The translations under genes were made by a program, and so were the position numbers. 64,000 nt of DNA from Escherichia phage vB_EcoM_LNA6. Where the stretch lies: sequence record OM630585.1. One strand, 5' to 3'. The notes under the pieces are model-generated. The model did no database searches. It was given only the letters and a program-made list of their open reading frames with translations, and was not told where the DNA came from. Below, in pieces: positions 1 through 10,617 of this stretch (position 1 is the stretch's first letter; every line of letters begins with the position of its first letter).

Positions 1-1602
1 ATGGACTTAAATGCTGTTAAGCAGAAGCGAGTGGAAGATGTTAGGAAAGTCCTAGCTGGAGAGTTGGGGCTTTCTGATGAAGTAAAAGAAATTATCAAAT
101 CATTCGGTAAAGACCCCTCTAAATTCCTTCCAACTCAAATTCTGACTTTATTAAGATACACACCAGACCAAGTTCGCCTTATCTTTAAATTGATGACTGA
201 TAAGAACTATGTAGCCCCTCAGCCGGGTTCTCAAGAGGTCTTTTTAAATACTAATGCTGACTTGGTACTCTATGGTGGTGCTGCTGGTGCTGGTAAGACT
301 GCCGCATTGTTAATGGACTCTTTAAGATTTATTGAAGACCCTAACTATAATGCTGTATATTTCCGTCGAAATACAACACAGTTACAAGGTGGTTTATGGC
401 CTGCTGCAAAGAAACTATTTGGTAAGTTTGGTGGGATTCCTCACGAGCAGAAAATGACTATCACATTCCCTTCTGGGGCAACTATCAAGTTTACCTACCT
501 AGAACTTGAAAAGCACGCTGAAGGTCATCAGGGTATTGAATACTCAGCTATTTACTTTGACGAAGGTACACACTTCTCTGCTTCACAGATTTCATACCTA
601 CAAACCCGTCTACGTTCTGGTGCTGAAGGCGATTCATACATGAAGATTTCCATGAACCCAGATAGAGACCACTTTATTTACGATTGGGTAGAACCATTCT
701 TAGACGAAGAAGGTTATCCAGACCCTGAAAAGTGTGGTCGTATTCGTTGGTATGTAATGAATGATGGTGTGATGGTTTCTGATTGGGAGAGAGACAAGAT
801 TCTTGAAATGTTCCCTCTTGAGATTCCTCAAACATACACCTTCATCTCTGGTACGATTGATGATAACCCAATCCTTGACTTCTTAGAGCCTAAGTACCGT
901 GGTAAGTTGGAAAACAACACTCCTGTAAACGTTGCAAGACTTCGTTTCGGTAACTGGAAGGCTCGTGCAGAAGGTTCAAACTATTGGCAAAGACAATGGT
1001 GTGAAATTGTTGATTCACTCCCAGAAGATGTATTTGATGTTAGAGCATGGGACTTAGCAGCAACTTTACCATCTGAGATTAACCCTAATCCAGACTGGAC
1101 AGCAGGTGTTAAGATGGGTAAATCTAAAAAAGACGGTTGCTATTATGTCATTGATGTAGTAAGATTTAGAGATAGACCCTCTGGAGTCGAAACACAAATT
1201 AATTTGACTGCTGAAAGTGACGGTAAGCGAACTGGTATTTTTATCCCTCAAGACCCAGGCGCTGCTGGTAAATCCTACGCAACATCCCTCATCAGGAAAC
1301 TTGCCGAGAAAGGTTATCGAGCAAGAGCCAAACCAACAAATAAAGATAAAGTTACCCGCTTTGCGGGATTTTCTGCTGCTTCTGAAGCTGGACTTGTAAA
1401 AGTCTTGAGAGGTAGTTGGAATGAAGCTTACTTTCAAGAACTTGAAGGCTTTTGTGGTGACGGTAAAACTAAAGATGACCAAGTGGATGCTACCAGTGAT
1501 GCTTTCAACAGTCTTAACGAAGTTAAATTATTCAAGCCACCATCAATGGGTGCTCACACAGATTTAGTGAGAGGAAACCCATATGAGGGGCTTAGACGTT
1601 GA
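1..1602 (+). CDS. terL: terminase large subunit
   Basis: 533 aa ORF; Walker A-like LYGGAAGAGKT near N-terminus; immediately upstream of putative portal. ORF begins at window edge so true start could lie upstream. Confidence 0.8.
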   Translation: MDLNAVKQKRVEDVRKVLAGELGLSDEVKEIIKSFGKDPSKFLPTQILTLLRYTPDQVRLIFKLMTDKNYVAPQPGSQEVFLNTNADLVLYGGAAGAGKTAALLMDSLRFIEDPNYNAVYFRRNTTQLQGGLWPAAKKLFGKFGGIPHEQKMTITFPSGATIKFTYLELEKHAEGHQGIEYSAIYFDEGTHFSASQISYLQTRLRSGAEGDSYMKISMNPDRDHFIYDWVEPFLDEEGYPDPEKCGRIRWYVMNDGVMVSDWERDKILEMFPLEIPQTYTFISGTIDDNPILDFLEPKYRGKLENNTPVNVARLRFGNWKARAEGSNYWQRQWCEIVDSLPEDVFDVRAWDLAATLPSEINPNPDWTAGVKMGKSKKDGCYYVIDVVRFRDRPSGVETQINLTAESDGKRTGIFIPQDPGAAGKSYATSLIRKLAEKGYRARAKPTNKDKVTRFAGFSAASEAGLVKVLRGSWNEAYFQELEGFCGDGKTKDDQVDATSDAFNSLNEVKLFKPPSMGAHTDLVRGNPYEGLRR

Positions 1603-1609
1603 TAGCTAG

Positions 1610-3085
1610 GTGAGAAGAATGGCAGATATTACAGAAACACAAGAAAGCTTACCACCATTTAGAATGGGTGAAGTAGGTTCTTTGGGTCTGAAGGTTAAGA
1701 ATGGAAGAATCTATGAAGAACCTCGTCAGGCACTAAGGTTCCCTGAAAGTATTAAAACTTTCCAATTAATGATGCGTGACCCTGCTGTAGCAGCATCTGT
1801 AAATATTATTAAGATGTTTGTCAGAAAAGTCAACTGGAGATTCGTACCTCCAAAGGGAAAAGAGCAAGACCCTAAAATGCTTGAAAGAGCAGACTTCTTT
1901 AATTCTTTAATGGATGACATGGAGCATGATTGGGCAGATTTTATTAATTCTGTAATGTCATTCTGCACTTATGGGTTCTGTGTTAACGAGAAAGTTTATA
2001 AGAAGCGACAGGGTAAAAAAGGAAAGTACCAGTCAAAATTTGATGATGGTCTGATTGGATGGGCTAAATTACCAATCAGAAACCAATCAACACTTGATAA
2101 GTGGTATTTTGACGAAGACTTTAGAAAAGTTACTGGTGTTAGACAGAATCTGAGAAATGTTTCACATATTGCTGGAGCAATTAATCTTGGAGAAAGACCA
2201 CTAACAAGAAAACTTCCACGAGCTAAATTCATGCTGTTTAAGTATGATGACGAATATGGGAACCCAGAAGGTCGTTCACCATTACTTAATGCCTATGTAC
2301 CGTGGAAGTATAAAGTTCAGATTGAAGAGTACGAAGCTGTTGGTGTTTCAAGAGACTTGGTAGGTATGCCAAAGATTGGTTTACCACCAGATTATCTGGA
2401 TGAAAATGCAGAACCTGAAAAGAAAGCTTTCGTACAATACTGCAAAACTGTTGTTAATGATATGATTGCTAATGATAGAGCAGGTTTAATCTGGCCTAGA
2501 TATATCGACCCAGATACTAAAGAGGATATTTTCGAGTTCTCATTAGTTTCTAGACAGGGTGCTAAAGCATACGATACAGGTTCTATTATTGACAGATATT
2601 CCAAGCAGATTATGATGGCATTTATGTCAGATGTTCTTGCTATGGGTCAGTCAAAATACGGTTCATTCTCTCTTGCAGATTCTAAGACAAGCTTACTAGC
2701 AATGTCGGTAGATATTCTGCTGAAGCAAATTAAGAACGTAATTAACCGTGATTTAGTTGCACAGACTTATGCTCTTAATATGTGGGACGATGAAGAACAT
2801 GTACAAATCACATATGATGATATCGAAACTCCAGACCTTGAAGCAATTGGTTCTTATATCCAGAAGACTGTTGCAGTAGGTGCTTTGGAAGTTGACAAAG
2901 AGCTATCTAACAAGCTTAGAGAGCATATTGGTCTTCCTCCTGCTGATGAGTCTCAACCAGTATCTGAAAAGCTTTCTCCAAATAGTCAAAGCCGCTCAGG
3001 AGATGGTTATAAGACCGCTGGAGAAGGTACTGCAAAGACACCTTCAGCGAAAGACCCAAGCACAGCAAATAAGGCAAATAAATAA
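1610..3085 (+). CDS. portal protein (putative)
   Basis: 491 aa ORF directly after terminase and upstream of prohead protease; call is positional and by size. Confidence 0.55.
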   Translation: MRRMADITETQESLPPFRMGEVGSLGLKVKNGRIYEEPRQALRFPESIKTFQLMMRDPAVAASVNIIKMFVRKVNWRFVPPKGKEQDPKMLERADFFNSLMDDMEHDWADFINSVMSFCTYGFCVNEKVYKKRQGKKGKYQSKFDDGLIGWAKLPIRNQSTLDKWYFDEDFRKVTGVRQNLRNVSHIAGAINLGERPLTRKLPRAKFMLFKYDDEYGNPEGRSPLLNAYVPWKYKVQIEEYEAVGVSRDLVGMPKIGLPPDYLDENAEPEKKAFVQYCKTVVNDMIANDRAGLIWPRYIDPDTKEDIFEFSLVSRQGAKAYDTGSIIDRYSKQIMMAFMSDVLAMGQSKYGSFSLADSKTSLLAMSVDILLKQIKNVINRDLVAQTYALNMWDDEEHVQITYDDIETPDLEAIGSYIQKTVAVGALEVDKELSNKLREHIGLPPADESQPVSEKLSPNSQSRSGDGYKTAGEGTAKTPSAKDPSTANKANK

Positions 3086-3585
3086 TGGCTGAAGTTATCT
3101 CTATTTCAAATGCTACACGAGTGCATTCGTATAGAGGTGTTCTTATCGTTACTGACAAGTTATCTGTAGAGGCTGGCTCAAGGGTCAGCCTTTCAGGTTA
3201 TGTAAGTGATGGTGGAACCTCTGACGTTTTCACTATTTGTAGGTTACTTGATGCACCAATGAGTGGAAAACCGTTTATTTCAGGAAATTGTAGAGAAATT
3301 GTTAAAATTCCATTTGACAGTTCATGCCTTTTGGGTGTAAAGTTATATAACTGCGAGAATAAACGTATCAATGTTAATAGCATTGAAGCCGCTTTCATTA
3401 CCCTCGACACTGCATTTCAATCTCCAATGACAATTAATAAAGAAACAAACAGACTTGAATACATTTTTTCACAAAATGATTACAAAGTACTTGTCAAAGG
3501 CAAAGTATATGATATGATTGTAAATGTGGTAGATGAATCTGGTAACCATTCAACAGTCCTTAAACAAAAAGTAAGGTTTAATTAA
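3085..3585 (+). CDS. hypothetical protein (head module)
   Basis: 166 aa ORF; start overlaps upstream stop (TAATG). Confidence 0.4.
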   Translation: MAEVISISNATRVHSYRGVLIVTDKLSVEAGSRVSLSGYVSDGGTSDVFTICRLLDAPMSGKPFISGNCREIVKIPFDSSCLLGVKLYNCENKRINVNSIEAAFITLDTAFQSPMTINKETNRLEYIFSQNDYKVLVKGKVYDMIVNVVDESGNHSTVLKQKVRFN

Positions 3586-3917
3586 TGGGAACATTAACTA
3601 TTGATGGTAAGAATAAAATCCTCGCCACGCTAACCCCAACGACTATTATTTTACACAATGTAGACCCAACGGCAGACCCTACAGCAAATAAGGTTACTCA
3701 GCCAGTGGCTATTTATTTTTCTGAACCGGATAATGGCTTAATTGCCTCAGAAGATACAGTTAATATTACTGTTCCAGCTTCTGCAACGGTCTCACACTAT
3801 AGCTTGTGGGATGCTAACGATAAATGCGTGGCAACTGGTGCTCTTAGCAAACCTCAATTCTTTGCTGAAGAAGGTATCTATGTTATCTCTTCAGTCTCTG
3901 TAGATTTAAACAAATAG
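3585..3917 (+). CDS. hypothetical protein (head module)
   Basis: 110 aa ORF; TAATG stop-start overlap with upstream gene. Confidence 0.4.
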   Translation: MGTLTIDGKNKILATLTPTTIILHNVDPTADPTANKVTQPVAIYFSEPDNGLIASEDTVNITVPASATVSHYSLWDANDKCVATGALSKPQFFAEEGIYVISSVSVDLNK

Positions 3918-3928
3918 GGTGAGTAAAA

Positions 3929-5275
3929 ATGAGTTCGAATATCTTCAGACTTGCTGATAGATTATTCAACCAACCTTTACTAGCCACTGAATCATTAGCT
4001 CACTCAGCAGCAACTTATGTGAATAACAGATTGCTGGGTGATGTCCAAGCAGCAGTAAACTTTGATAAACCCAAAGGTGAAGCAAGAAGTCTTTTAAAAG
4101 TAAAAGATGACATTGCTATTATCCCTATTATGGGTGGTTTAACCCATCGTATGACATTCATTGATGCAATGTGTACAGGTGGATTAAGCTCTTATGAAGG
4201 TTTGCGTAGAGGCTTTGACGAAGCTTTAGCAGATGAGTCAATCAAGACTATTGTTCTGCACATTGATTCTGGTGGTGGTGAAGCTTCAGGTTGCTTTGAA
4301 TTAGCACGTCACATTATGGCTTCAAGAGGCCAAAAGAAAATTATTGCTTATGTAGATGAGTTCGCTTGTTCCGCTGCATACGCTCTTGCATCTTCTGCTG
4401 AAGAAATTATTGCATCACCAGATGCAGATGTTGGTTCTATTGGTGTAATTATGGTTCATCAGGAATTAACTAAGGCATTTGAAAAGAATGGCGTAACAAT
4501 TAACGTCATCAAAGCTGGTGAGTTTAAAGGTATGGGTTCACCATTCCAAGCACTCTCAGAAGAAAGCAAAGAAAGACTTCAAAAGAGAATTAATGATACC
4601 TACGCAACCTTTACAGGTTTTGTAGCTGAATCTCGTAATCTCTCTGAAGAAGCTGTAAAGAATACTGAGGCGAATGTTTATTCTGCTCAGGAAGCTCTTG
4701 AACTTGGTTTAATTAACTCAATCATGTCTCAAGATGATTTCTTAAATTACTTACAAGGTTCTGAAGAGGCTCCTGTAAGTTTAAACGTTAACAATTCAGG
4801 TGAAGAAATGACTGAACAAGAAAAGCAAGAACTAGAAGCTTTGCGTCTTCAGGTTGCTCAAATGAAAGCTAAAGAACAGGAAGCTGCTTTGTCAGATTTG
4901 ACTAATAAGATTTCTGCTTCTGCTGAAGCTTTTGGATTTGATGCAAAAGAAGCTGCAACGACTATTTTAGGTGCTGGTCTTGATAACCCTCTGAGTGTTC
5001 TGTTTATGAATGCTATGGAAGGTGCTAACCAGAAACTTAATGAAACTATCGCGTCCCATGCTTCTGCAATGGAAGAAAAAGAATCAGAAATTACCAAGCT
5101 GAAAGAAACTGCTGGTGCTGTTCTTGAACATTCTAATGCTATGGAAGAAATGGGTAATGACGGCGAAGCTGATTTGGTTGAAGAAGAAAAAGAACCAGCT
5201 AAGAATGCTTCCGAAGACACCGCTGAACAACGCAAACTGGCTCTCCAGAATGCTCTAAAATCTCTTATCAAATAA
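3929..5275 (+). CDS. prohead protease (S49/SppA-like) fused to scaffold-like C-terminal region
   Basis: 448 aa; IDSGGGEASG and surrounding region resemble S49/ClpP-type peptidases; C-terminal third is acidic and coiled-coil-like (EEKE repeats), as in lambda C/Nu3-type proteins. Confidence 0.7.
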   Translation: MSSNIFRLADRLFNQPLLATESLAHSAATYVNNRLLGDVQAAVNFDKPKGEARSLLKVKDDIAIIPIMGGLTHRMTFIDAMCTGGLSSYEGLRRGFDEALADESIKTIVLHIDSGGGEASGCFELARHIMASRGQKKIIAYVDEFACSAAYALASSAEEIIASPDADVGSIGVIMVHQELTKAFEKNGVTINVIKAGEFKGMGSPFQALSEESKERLQKRINDTYATFTGFVAESRNLSEEAVKNTEANVYSAQEALELGLINSIMSQDDFLNYLQGSEEAPVSLNVNNSGEEMTEQEKQELEALRLQVAQMKAKEQEAALSDLTNKISASAEAFGFDAKEAATTILGAGLDNPLSVLFMNAMEGANQKLNETIASHASAMEEKESEITKLKETAGAVLEHSNAMEEMGNDGEADLVEEEKEPAKNASEDTAEQRKLALQNALKSLIK

Positions 5276-5286
5276 GGAACACAATA

Positions 5287-5664
5287 ATGGCATATCAAGG
5301 TTTTACTAAGTTAGGTAACAGAGAACCTCTGAATGATATCATTCTTTGGGAACAGATTACCCCAACAGGCCACTCTCGTAAAGAGTACACTCCAGTTGCT
5401 TCAACAGAATACCGCGTAGGTGAAGTTCTGAAAGCAGATGGTACTAAGGTACAAGCTGGAGAAGAAGCCCAAGCAGACTCTGTATGTATCGTTAATTTCT
5501 ACGCAGACCTGCAACTGTCTTATCATGGTCAGTTGAAAGTGGTAGGTATCCACCGTGATGCAGAACTGAAAGACCTGCTAACTCTTGAATCAAGCGTTGA
5601 TGCTACTGAAGTCAAGAAAGCTCTGGCTGCTAAAGGTATTGATTTCGTACCAACTGGCCTGTAA
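5287..5664 (+). CDS. head decoration protein (putative, gpD-like position)
   Basis: 125 aa ORF between protease and major capsid gene; positional inference only. Confidence 0.4.
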   Translation: MAYQGFTKLGNREPLNDIILWEQITPTGHSRKEYTPVASTEYRVGEVLKADGTKVQAGEEAQADSVCIVNFYADLQLSYHGQLKVVGIHRDAELKDLLTLESSVDATEVKKALAAKGIDFVPTGL

Positions 5665-5697
5665 TAACAATAATAAGACATTCTGGAGAATTTTACA

Positions 5698-6804
5698 ATG
5701 TTGACTAATTCTGAAAAAAGCAGATTTTTCCTTGCTGACCTGACTGGTGAAGTCCAGTCTATCCCAAATACTTATGGGTATATTTCCAACTTAGGTCTGT
5801 TCCGTTCAGCACCAATCACCCAAACTACTTTCCTTATGGACTTGACTGATTGGGATGTTAGCTTGCTTGATGCGGTAGACCGTGATAGCCGTAAAGCAGA
5901 GACTAGCGCACCTGAGCGTGTTCGTCAAATCAGCTTCCCAATGATGTACTTCAAAGAAGTTGAAAGCATTACTCCTGATGAGATTCAGGGTGTACGTCAG
6001 CCAGGCACTGCAAACGAACTTACTACTGAAGCTGTAGTACGTGCTAAGAAGCTGATGAAGATTCGTACCAAGTTCGATATTACTCGTGAGTTCCTGTTTA
6101 TGCAAGCTCTGAAGGGTAAAGTTGTTGATGCTCGTGGTACTCTGTATGCTGACCTGTACAAGCAGTTCGACGTTGAGAAGAAGACTATTTACTTCGACCT
6201 TGACAATCCTAATGCTGACATTGACGCTGCTATTGAAGAACTGCGTATGCACATGGAAGACGAAGCTAAGACTGGCACTGTAATCAACGGTGAAGAAATT
6301 CACGTAGTTGTTGACCGCTTATTCTTCAGCAAACTGGTTAAACACCCTAAGATTCGTGACGCTTATCTTGCACAGCAGACTCCGCTGGCTTGGCAACAGA
6401 TTACTGGTTCTCTGAGAACTGGTGGTACTGACGGCGTTCAGGCTCACATGAACACTTTCTACTACGGTGGTGTTAAGTTTGTCCAGTACAACGGTAAGTT
6501 CAAAGACAAGCGTGGTAAGGTTCACACTCTGGTGAGTATTGATAGTGTAGCAGCAACTGTTGGTGTAGGTCATGCTTTCCCTAACGTTTCTATGCTGGGT
6601 GAAGCAAACAACATCTTCGAAGTGGCATATGGTCCATGTCCTAAGATGGGTTATGCAAATACACTTGGTCAGGAACTGTACGTATTCGAATACGAAAAAG
6701 ACCGTGACGAAGGTATTGACTTTGAAGCTCACTCTTACATGCTGCCATACTGCACACGTCCTCAGTTGCTGGTAGACGTTCGTTCTGACGCTAAACCAGA
6801 CTAA
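5698..6804 (+). CDS. major capsid protein (putative, lambda E-like arrangement)
   Basis: 368 aa ORF following protease and decoration genes; size and position typical of a major capsid protein. Confidence 0.6.
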   Translation: MLTNSEKSRFFLADLTGEVQSIPNTYGYISNLGLFRSAPITQTTFLMDLTDWDVSLLDAVDRDSRKAETSAPERVRQISFPMMYFKEVESITPDEIQGVRQPGTANELTTEAVVRAKKLMKIRTKFDITREFLFMQALKGKVVDARGTLYADLYKQFDVEKKTIYFDLDNPNADIDAAIEELRMHMEDEAKTGTVINGEEIHVVVDRLFFSKLVKHPKIRDAYLAQQTPLAWQQITGSLRTGGTDGVQAHMNTFYYGGVKFVQYNGKFKDKRGKVHTLVSIDSVAATVGVGHAFPNVSMLGEANNIFEVAYGPCPKMGYANTLGQELYVFEYEKDRDEGIDFEAHSYMLPYCTRPQLLVDVRSDAKPD

Positions 6805-6825
6805 TATTCTTAAGGAGGGTTATGA

Positions 6826-7275
6826 ATGTGCTATACAGGCGACCCAGCCAATAACCCTCTTGATAGAGTAAGAATCCTCTGCACAGACACCAATAATGAT
6901 GAAATTCTTATTGAACAGTCTGTGCTAGAGTGGTTCTATCTAGAATCTGGAAAGGATGAAAAGAAAGCAGCCATCAAAGCTCTTAAATATTTACTCTTTC
7001 AAGTAGCCAAGATGGGAGATGAGAAGGTTGGTGGTGTTTATTTACGTAACTCTTCCAGATTCAAATCTCTGAAAGCTGTTTATGACGACCTTGTTAAAAG
7101 CTCTGTTTCAGGACTACCCTATGCAGGTGGTATTAATCAGTGTGATATTGACATGCGTCGTCAGAATCCTTGCTCTGTCAAGAAATACACAGAATATGGT
7201 GATGCTGCCAGATACGAAGGCAGAGATTACTGCAACCGTGTTAATGGCGTATTTATTATCGAGCGAGATGAATAA
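6826..7275 (+). CDS. hypothetical protein (head-tail joining region)
   Basis: 149 aa ORF with GGAGG RBS upstream. Confidence 0.4.
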   Translation: MCYTGDPANNPLDRVRILCTDTNNDEILIEQSVLEWFYLESGKDEKKAAIKALKYLLFQVAKMGDEKVGGVYLRNSSRFKSLKAVYDDLVKSSVSGLPYAGGINQCDIDMRRQNPCSVKKYTEYGDAARYEGRDYCNRVNGVFIIERDE

Positions 7276-7757
7276 TGGTTAAAAGGGTTATTCACCCCGC
7301 GAGAGCAAAATTAGTCGGGGCTATGAAGAACTTGCAAACGGCTAATGCTCAAGTTGGGTATTTTCAAGAACAAGGTCAACATAGCTCTGGTTTTTCTTAT
7401 CCTGCTTTAATGTATTTACAAGAAGTTATTGGGGTTCCTTCAGCTTCTGGTAAAGTATATCGTAGGTTGTTTGAAATCACTATGATGCTAAACAAACAGA
7501 CCTTGTTAGAGCAGACTAAGAAGAATCTATATAAGCAACTTAGCAGTCTCAACACAGACCCTTCAAATACCTTAGAAGCATTTGCAAAGAATGCTCAAAA
7601 GGCAATTAAAGGGGGTTTTGGTAATTCTGCTATCCTCCCTCCTAACGCACCTTCCACAGTCAAGAAAAAAGGCTTTAACGCACCTCTTGTTGAGACAGGT
7701 GACTTAAGAGATAACCTTGCTTATAAAATTTCTACTAAGAAGGGTATTAAGAAATGA
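7275..7757 (+). CDS. hypothetical protein (head-tail joining region)
   Basis: 160 aa ORF; TAATG overlap with upstream gene. Confidence 0.4.
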   Translation: MVKRVIHPARAKLVGAMKNLQTANAQVGYFQEQGQHSSGFSYPALMYLQEVIGVPSASGKVYRRLFEITMMLNKQTLLEQTKKNLYKQLSSLNTDPSNTLEAFAKNAQKAIKGGFGNSAILPPNAPSTVKKKGFNAPLVETGDLRDNLAYKISTKKGIKK

Positions 7758-8155
7758 GACTCTTAAACAGACACAGCTTTGTAGTAAAGCGTAAAGTCTC
7801 TGAAGACGGTTATTATAACGATGATGGTGATTGGGTAGCTTCACAAGATATTGTAGAGGTTAACTGTAAAGGTAATATCCAGCCATACATCAAAGGTTCT
7901 GTAAAGAACGGTACACAGATTGCTTTACCGGAAGGTATTAGACTTACCGATACAAGAATCCTGTATACCACATATAAGCTTAGAACTTCAGATGATGTAG
8001 AGTGGAATGAGTCTGATATTGTTATGATTGATGGTCATGAGTATGAAGTATTTATGACTATGGATTGGTCACAGCAATTAGCCCATACGTCCCATTATGA
8101 ATATATCATTATTAGAAGGGATAAAATGAATGCAGTTAGAAACAGCAGAACTTGA
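7754..8155 (+). CDS. hypothetical protein (neck/tail completion candidate)
   Basis: 133 aa ORF overlapping upstream stop. Confidence 0.4.
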   Translation: MRLLNRHSFVVKRKVSEDGYYNDDGDWVASQDIVEVNCKGNIQPYIKGSVKNGTQIALPEGIRLTDTRILYTTYKLRTSDDVEWNESDIVMIDGHEYEVFMTMDWSQQLAHTSHYEYIIIRRDKMNAVRNSRT

Positions 8156-8729
8156 AAAAGGTCTAGTTAGAACCTTAGTGGATGTTATTGGCCACAGATT
8201 AGCTCGTGATAAAAATAATAGACCAAATGTAATTAGAGCTTACCCTTCTGATAACTCAAATGACAAAGGTTTAAAACCTGACCAGCCATTTATTACCGTA
8301 TATTGTCAAGATGCTGCAACACCTTATGGTTGGGTTCTTGATAAGTTTGTTGAGGATGATGTAGTTTGCTACAGAATTGCTTTTCAGATTCCAGTATTAA
8401 TTACGGTGAATGGTAAAGGTGCTCACAGTATTATGCTTGAGCTTAAACAACGATTAGAGATGAGTTCAGTCAGAGATTTAATCCTTGAAGAAACAGGAGC
8501 TACAGTACTAGACACTGGAGCTATCCCGAATGACTATACTTATCTCAATACAGATTTCGAAAATTCTGCACCTCTTGTTGTAACTCTTGTAAAAAACTCA
8601 GTCCTGAAGGATGAACGTGGAAGTATTATTGAGCGTGTCATTGTTGATGGTGAGTTGGTTTATGAAGAAGGACAAGAGCCACCAGAATATACTATCCATC
8701 TAGATGTAGACTCCAAAGGGGTAAAATAA
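8130..8729 (+). CDS. hypothetical protein (neck/tail completion candidate)
   Basis: 199 aa ORF overlapping previous ORF by about 26 nt. Confidence 0.4.
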   Translation: MQLETAELEKGLVRTLVDVIGHRLARDKNNRPNVIRAYPSDNSNDKGLKPDQPFITVYCQDAATPYGWVLDKFVEDDVVCYRIAFQIPVLITVNGKGAHSIMLELKQRLEMSSVRDLILEETGATVLDTGAIPNDYTYLNTDFENSAPLVVTLVKNSVLKDERGSIIERVIVDGELVYEEGQEPPEYTIHLDVDSKGVK

Positions 8730-10082
8730 ATGTGGAATCCAATTGTTAATGTAGATATTACATTGAACACCGCAGGAACTACAAGAGAAGGTTTTGGTTT
8801 GCCACTATTCTTAGCTTCAACAGATAACTTTGAAGAAAGAGTACGTGGTTACACTTCCTTAACTGAAGTTGCTGAAGATTTCGATGAGAATACTGCTGCA
8901 TATAAGGCTGCTAAACAACTTTGGAGTCAGACTCCTAAAGTAACTCAGCTTTATATCGGTAGACGCGCTATGCAGTACACTGTATCAATTCCTGATGCCG
9001 TTACCGAAAGTACAGACTACTCAATTACTGTAGCTGTTGGCGGTGGAATTTCTCAACCATACCAGTACACAGCACAAGACTCAGACACTGCTGAGGTAGT
9101 GTTGCAACAGTTTAAAACACAGATTGAAGCTGACCCAACAATCAAAGATAAGGTTTCTGTGAATGTAACTGGTAGCAATGGCTCTGCCACAATGATTATT
9201 ACCAAAGCTGGTGATAATGACTTTGTGAAAGTAACAACCACAGCACAGACTGTATATATTGCAAGTACAACTGCTGATACAGCAGCAACTGCTCTGGCAG
9301 CTATCGAAGCTTACTCTACTGACTGGTATTTCATTGCAGCAGAAGACAGAACTCAACAGTTTGTCTTAGCAATGGCTTCTGAGATTCAGGCTCGTAAGAA
9401 AATCTTCTTTACGGCTAACTCCGATGTAACAGCCCTACAAGGTACAGAATTAGCCAGTGCAAATGATGTTCCAGCACAGCTTGCTAAGAATATGTACACT
9501 CGTACAGTTTGCTTGTGGCATCACGCAGCAGCAGAAGATTATCCAGAGATGGCATACATTGCTTATGGTGCTCCATATGATGCAGGCTCAATTGCTTGGG
9601 GTAATGCTCAGCTAACTGGCGTAGCAGCTTCTCTACAACCATCTAATCAGAGACCTCTGACAAGTATTCAGAAGTCTGCTTTAGATGTACGTCACTGTAA
9701 CTTTATTGACCTTGATGGTGGTGTTCCAGTGGTTCGTAGAGGGATTACTTCTGGTGGGGAATGGATTGATATCGTCCGTGGTGTTGACTGGTTAGAATCA
9801 GACCTGAAAACTTCTCTGAGAGACTTGCTAATTAACCAGAAGGGTGGTAAGATTACTTATGATGATACTGGTATTACCCGTATTCGTCAAGTCATTGAAA
9901 CCTCTCTGCAAAGAGCAGTCAACAGAAACTTCCTGTCATCTTACACAGTTAATGTTCCTAAAGCCTCTCAAGTTGCTTTAGCAGACAAGAAAGCTCGTAT
10001 CCTGAAAGATGTTACCTTCGCAGGTATCTTAGCAGGGGCTATCTTGGATGTTGACTTGAAAGGTACAGTGGCTTACGAATAA
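8730..10082 (+). CDS. tail sheath protein (putative)
   Basis: 450 aa ORF immediately upstream of a 148 aa tube-sized ORF, chaperone pair and tape measure; positional. Confidence 0.5.
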   Translation: MWNPIVNVDITLNTAGTTREGFGLPLFLASTDNFEERVRGYTSLTEVAEDFDENTAAYKAAKQLWSQTPKVTQLYIGRRAMQYTVSIPDAVTESTDYSITVAVGGGISQPYQYTAQDSDTAEVVLQQFKTQIEADPTIKDKVSVNVTGSNGSATMIITKAGDNDFVKVTTTAQTVYIASTTADTAATALAAIEAYSTDWYFIAAEDRTQQFVLAMASEIQARKKIFFTANSDVTALQGTELASANDVPAQLAKNMYTRTVCLWHHAAAEDYPEMAYIAYGAPYDAGSIAWGNAQLTGVAASLQPSNQRPLTSIQKSALDVRHCNFIDLDGGVPVVRRGITSGGEWIDIVRGVDWLESDLKTSLRDLLINQKGGKITYDDTGITRIRQVIETSLQRAVNRNFLSSYTVNVPKASQVALADKKARILKDVTFAGILAGAILDVDLKGTVAYE

Positions 10083-10097
10083 TAGAGGTAAATTGGA

Positions 10098-10544
10098 ATG
10101 GCTATGTATCAGCAATATTCCCCTAAAGACGTTGTATGTAGCTGGAACGGCATTGCTATTGAAGGCTTTGCTCCAGACTCATTCTTGCGTCTACAGAGAA
10201 CATCACCACTTGTGACACCAGTTGTTGGTGCAGGTGGTCAGGTTGCTCTAACACGAAATGCAGACAAGACAGGTACTATTGAGATTGAGCTAATGCAGAC
10301 TTCTCTCTCTAACCAGATGCTTTCTGCAATTCAAGCTAAACAAGACAATATGGAACTTGAAGAAGATATCTCTTCTAACTTCGTAATCTACGACCCATCA
10401 GGCTCTGTTCTGGCAACTGGTATTAACGCTTGGTTGCAGGAGTTACCACAGATTGAACTTGGTCGTGACCAGAACTCTAAAACTTGGATTTTTGGTTGTG
10501 AGAAGCTAGACTACACTTCTACAATTCCAGCGTCAAGTGTTTAA
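10098..10544 (+). CDS. tail tube protein (putative)
   Basis: 148 aa ORF between sheath candidate and chaperone genes; followed by an intrinsic terminator. Confidence 0.5.
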   Translation: MAMYQQYSPKDVVCSWNGIAIEGFAPDSFLRLQRTSPLVTPVVGAGGQVALTRNADKTGTIEIELMQTSLSNQMLSAIQAKQDNMELEEDISSNFVIYDPSGSVLATGINAWLQELPQIELGRDQNSKTWIFGCEKLDYTSTIPASSV

Positions 10545-10556
10545 TAAATCCTATAA

Positions 10557-10590
10557 GGGGGAGACTTTAAAAGGTCTTCCCCTTTTTTGT
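10557..10590 (+). terminator. rho-independent terminator after tail tube gene
   Basis: GGGGGAGAC-TTTAAAAG-GTCTTCCCC hairpin followed by TTTTTTG. Confidence 0.6.
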
Positions 10591-10617
10591 TTCTTTTAAA
10601 AGTATTAAGGAATCACA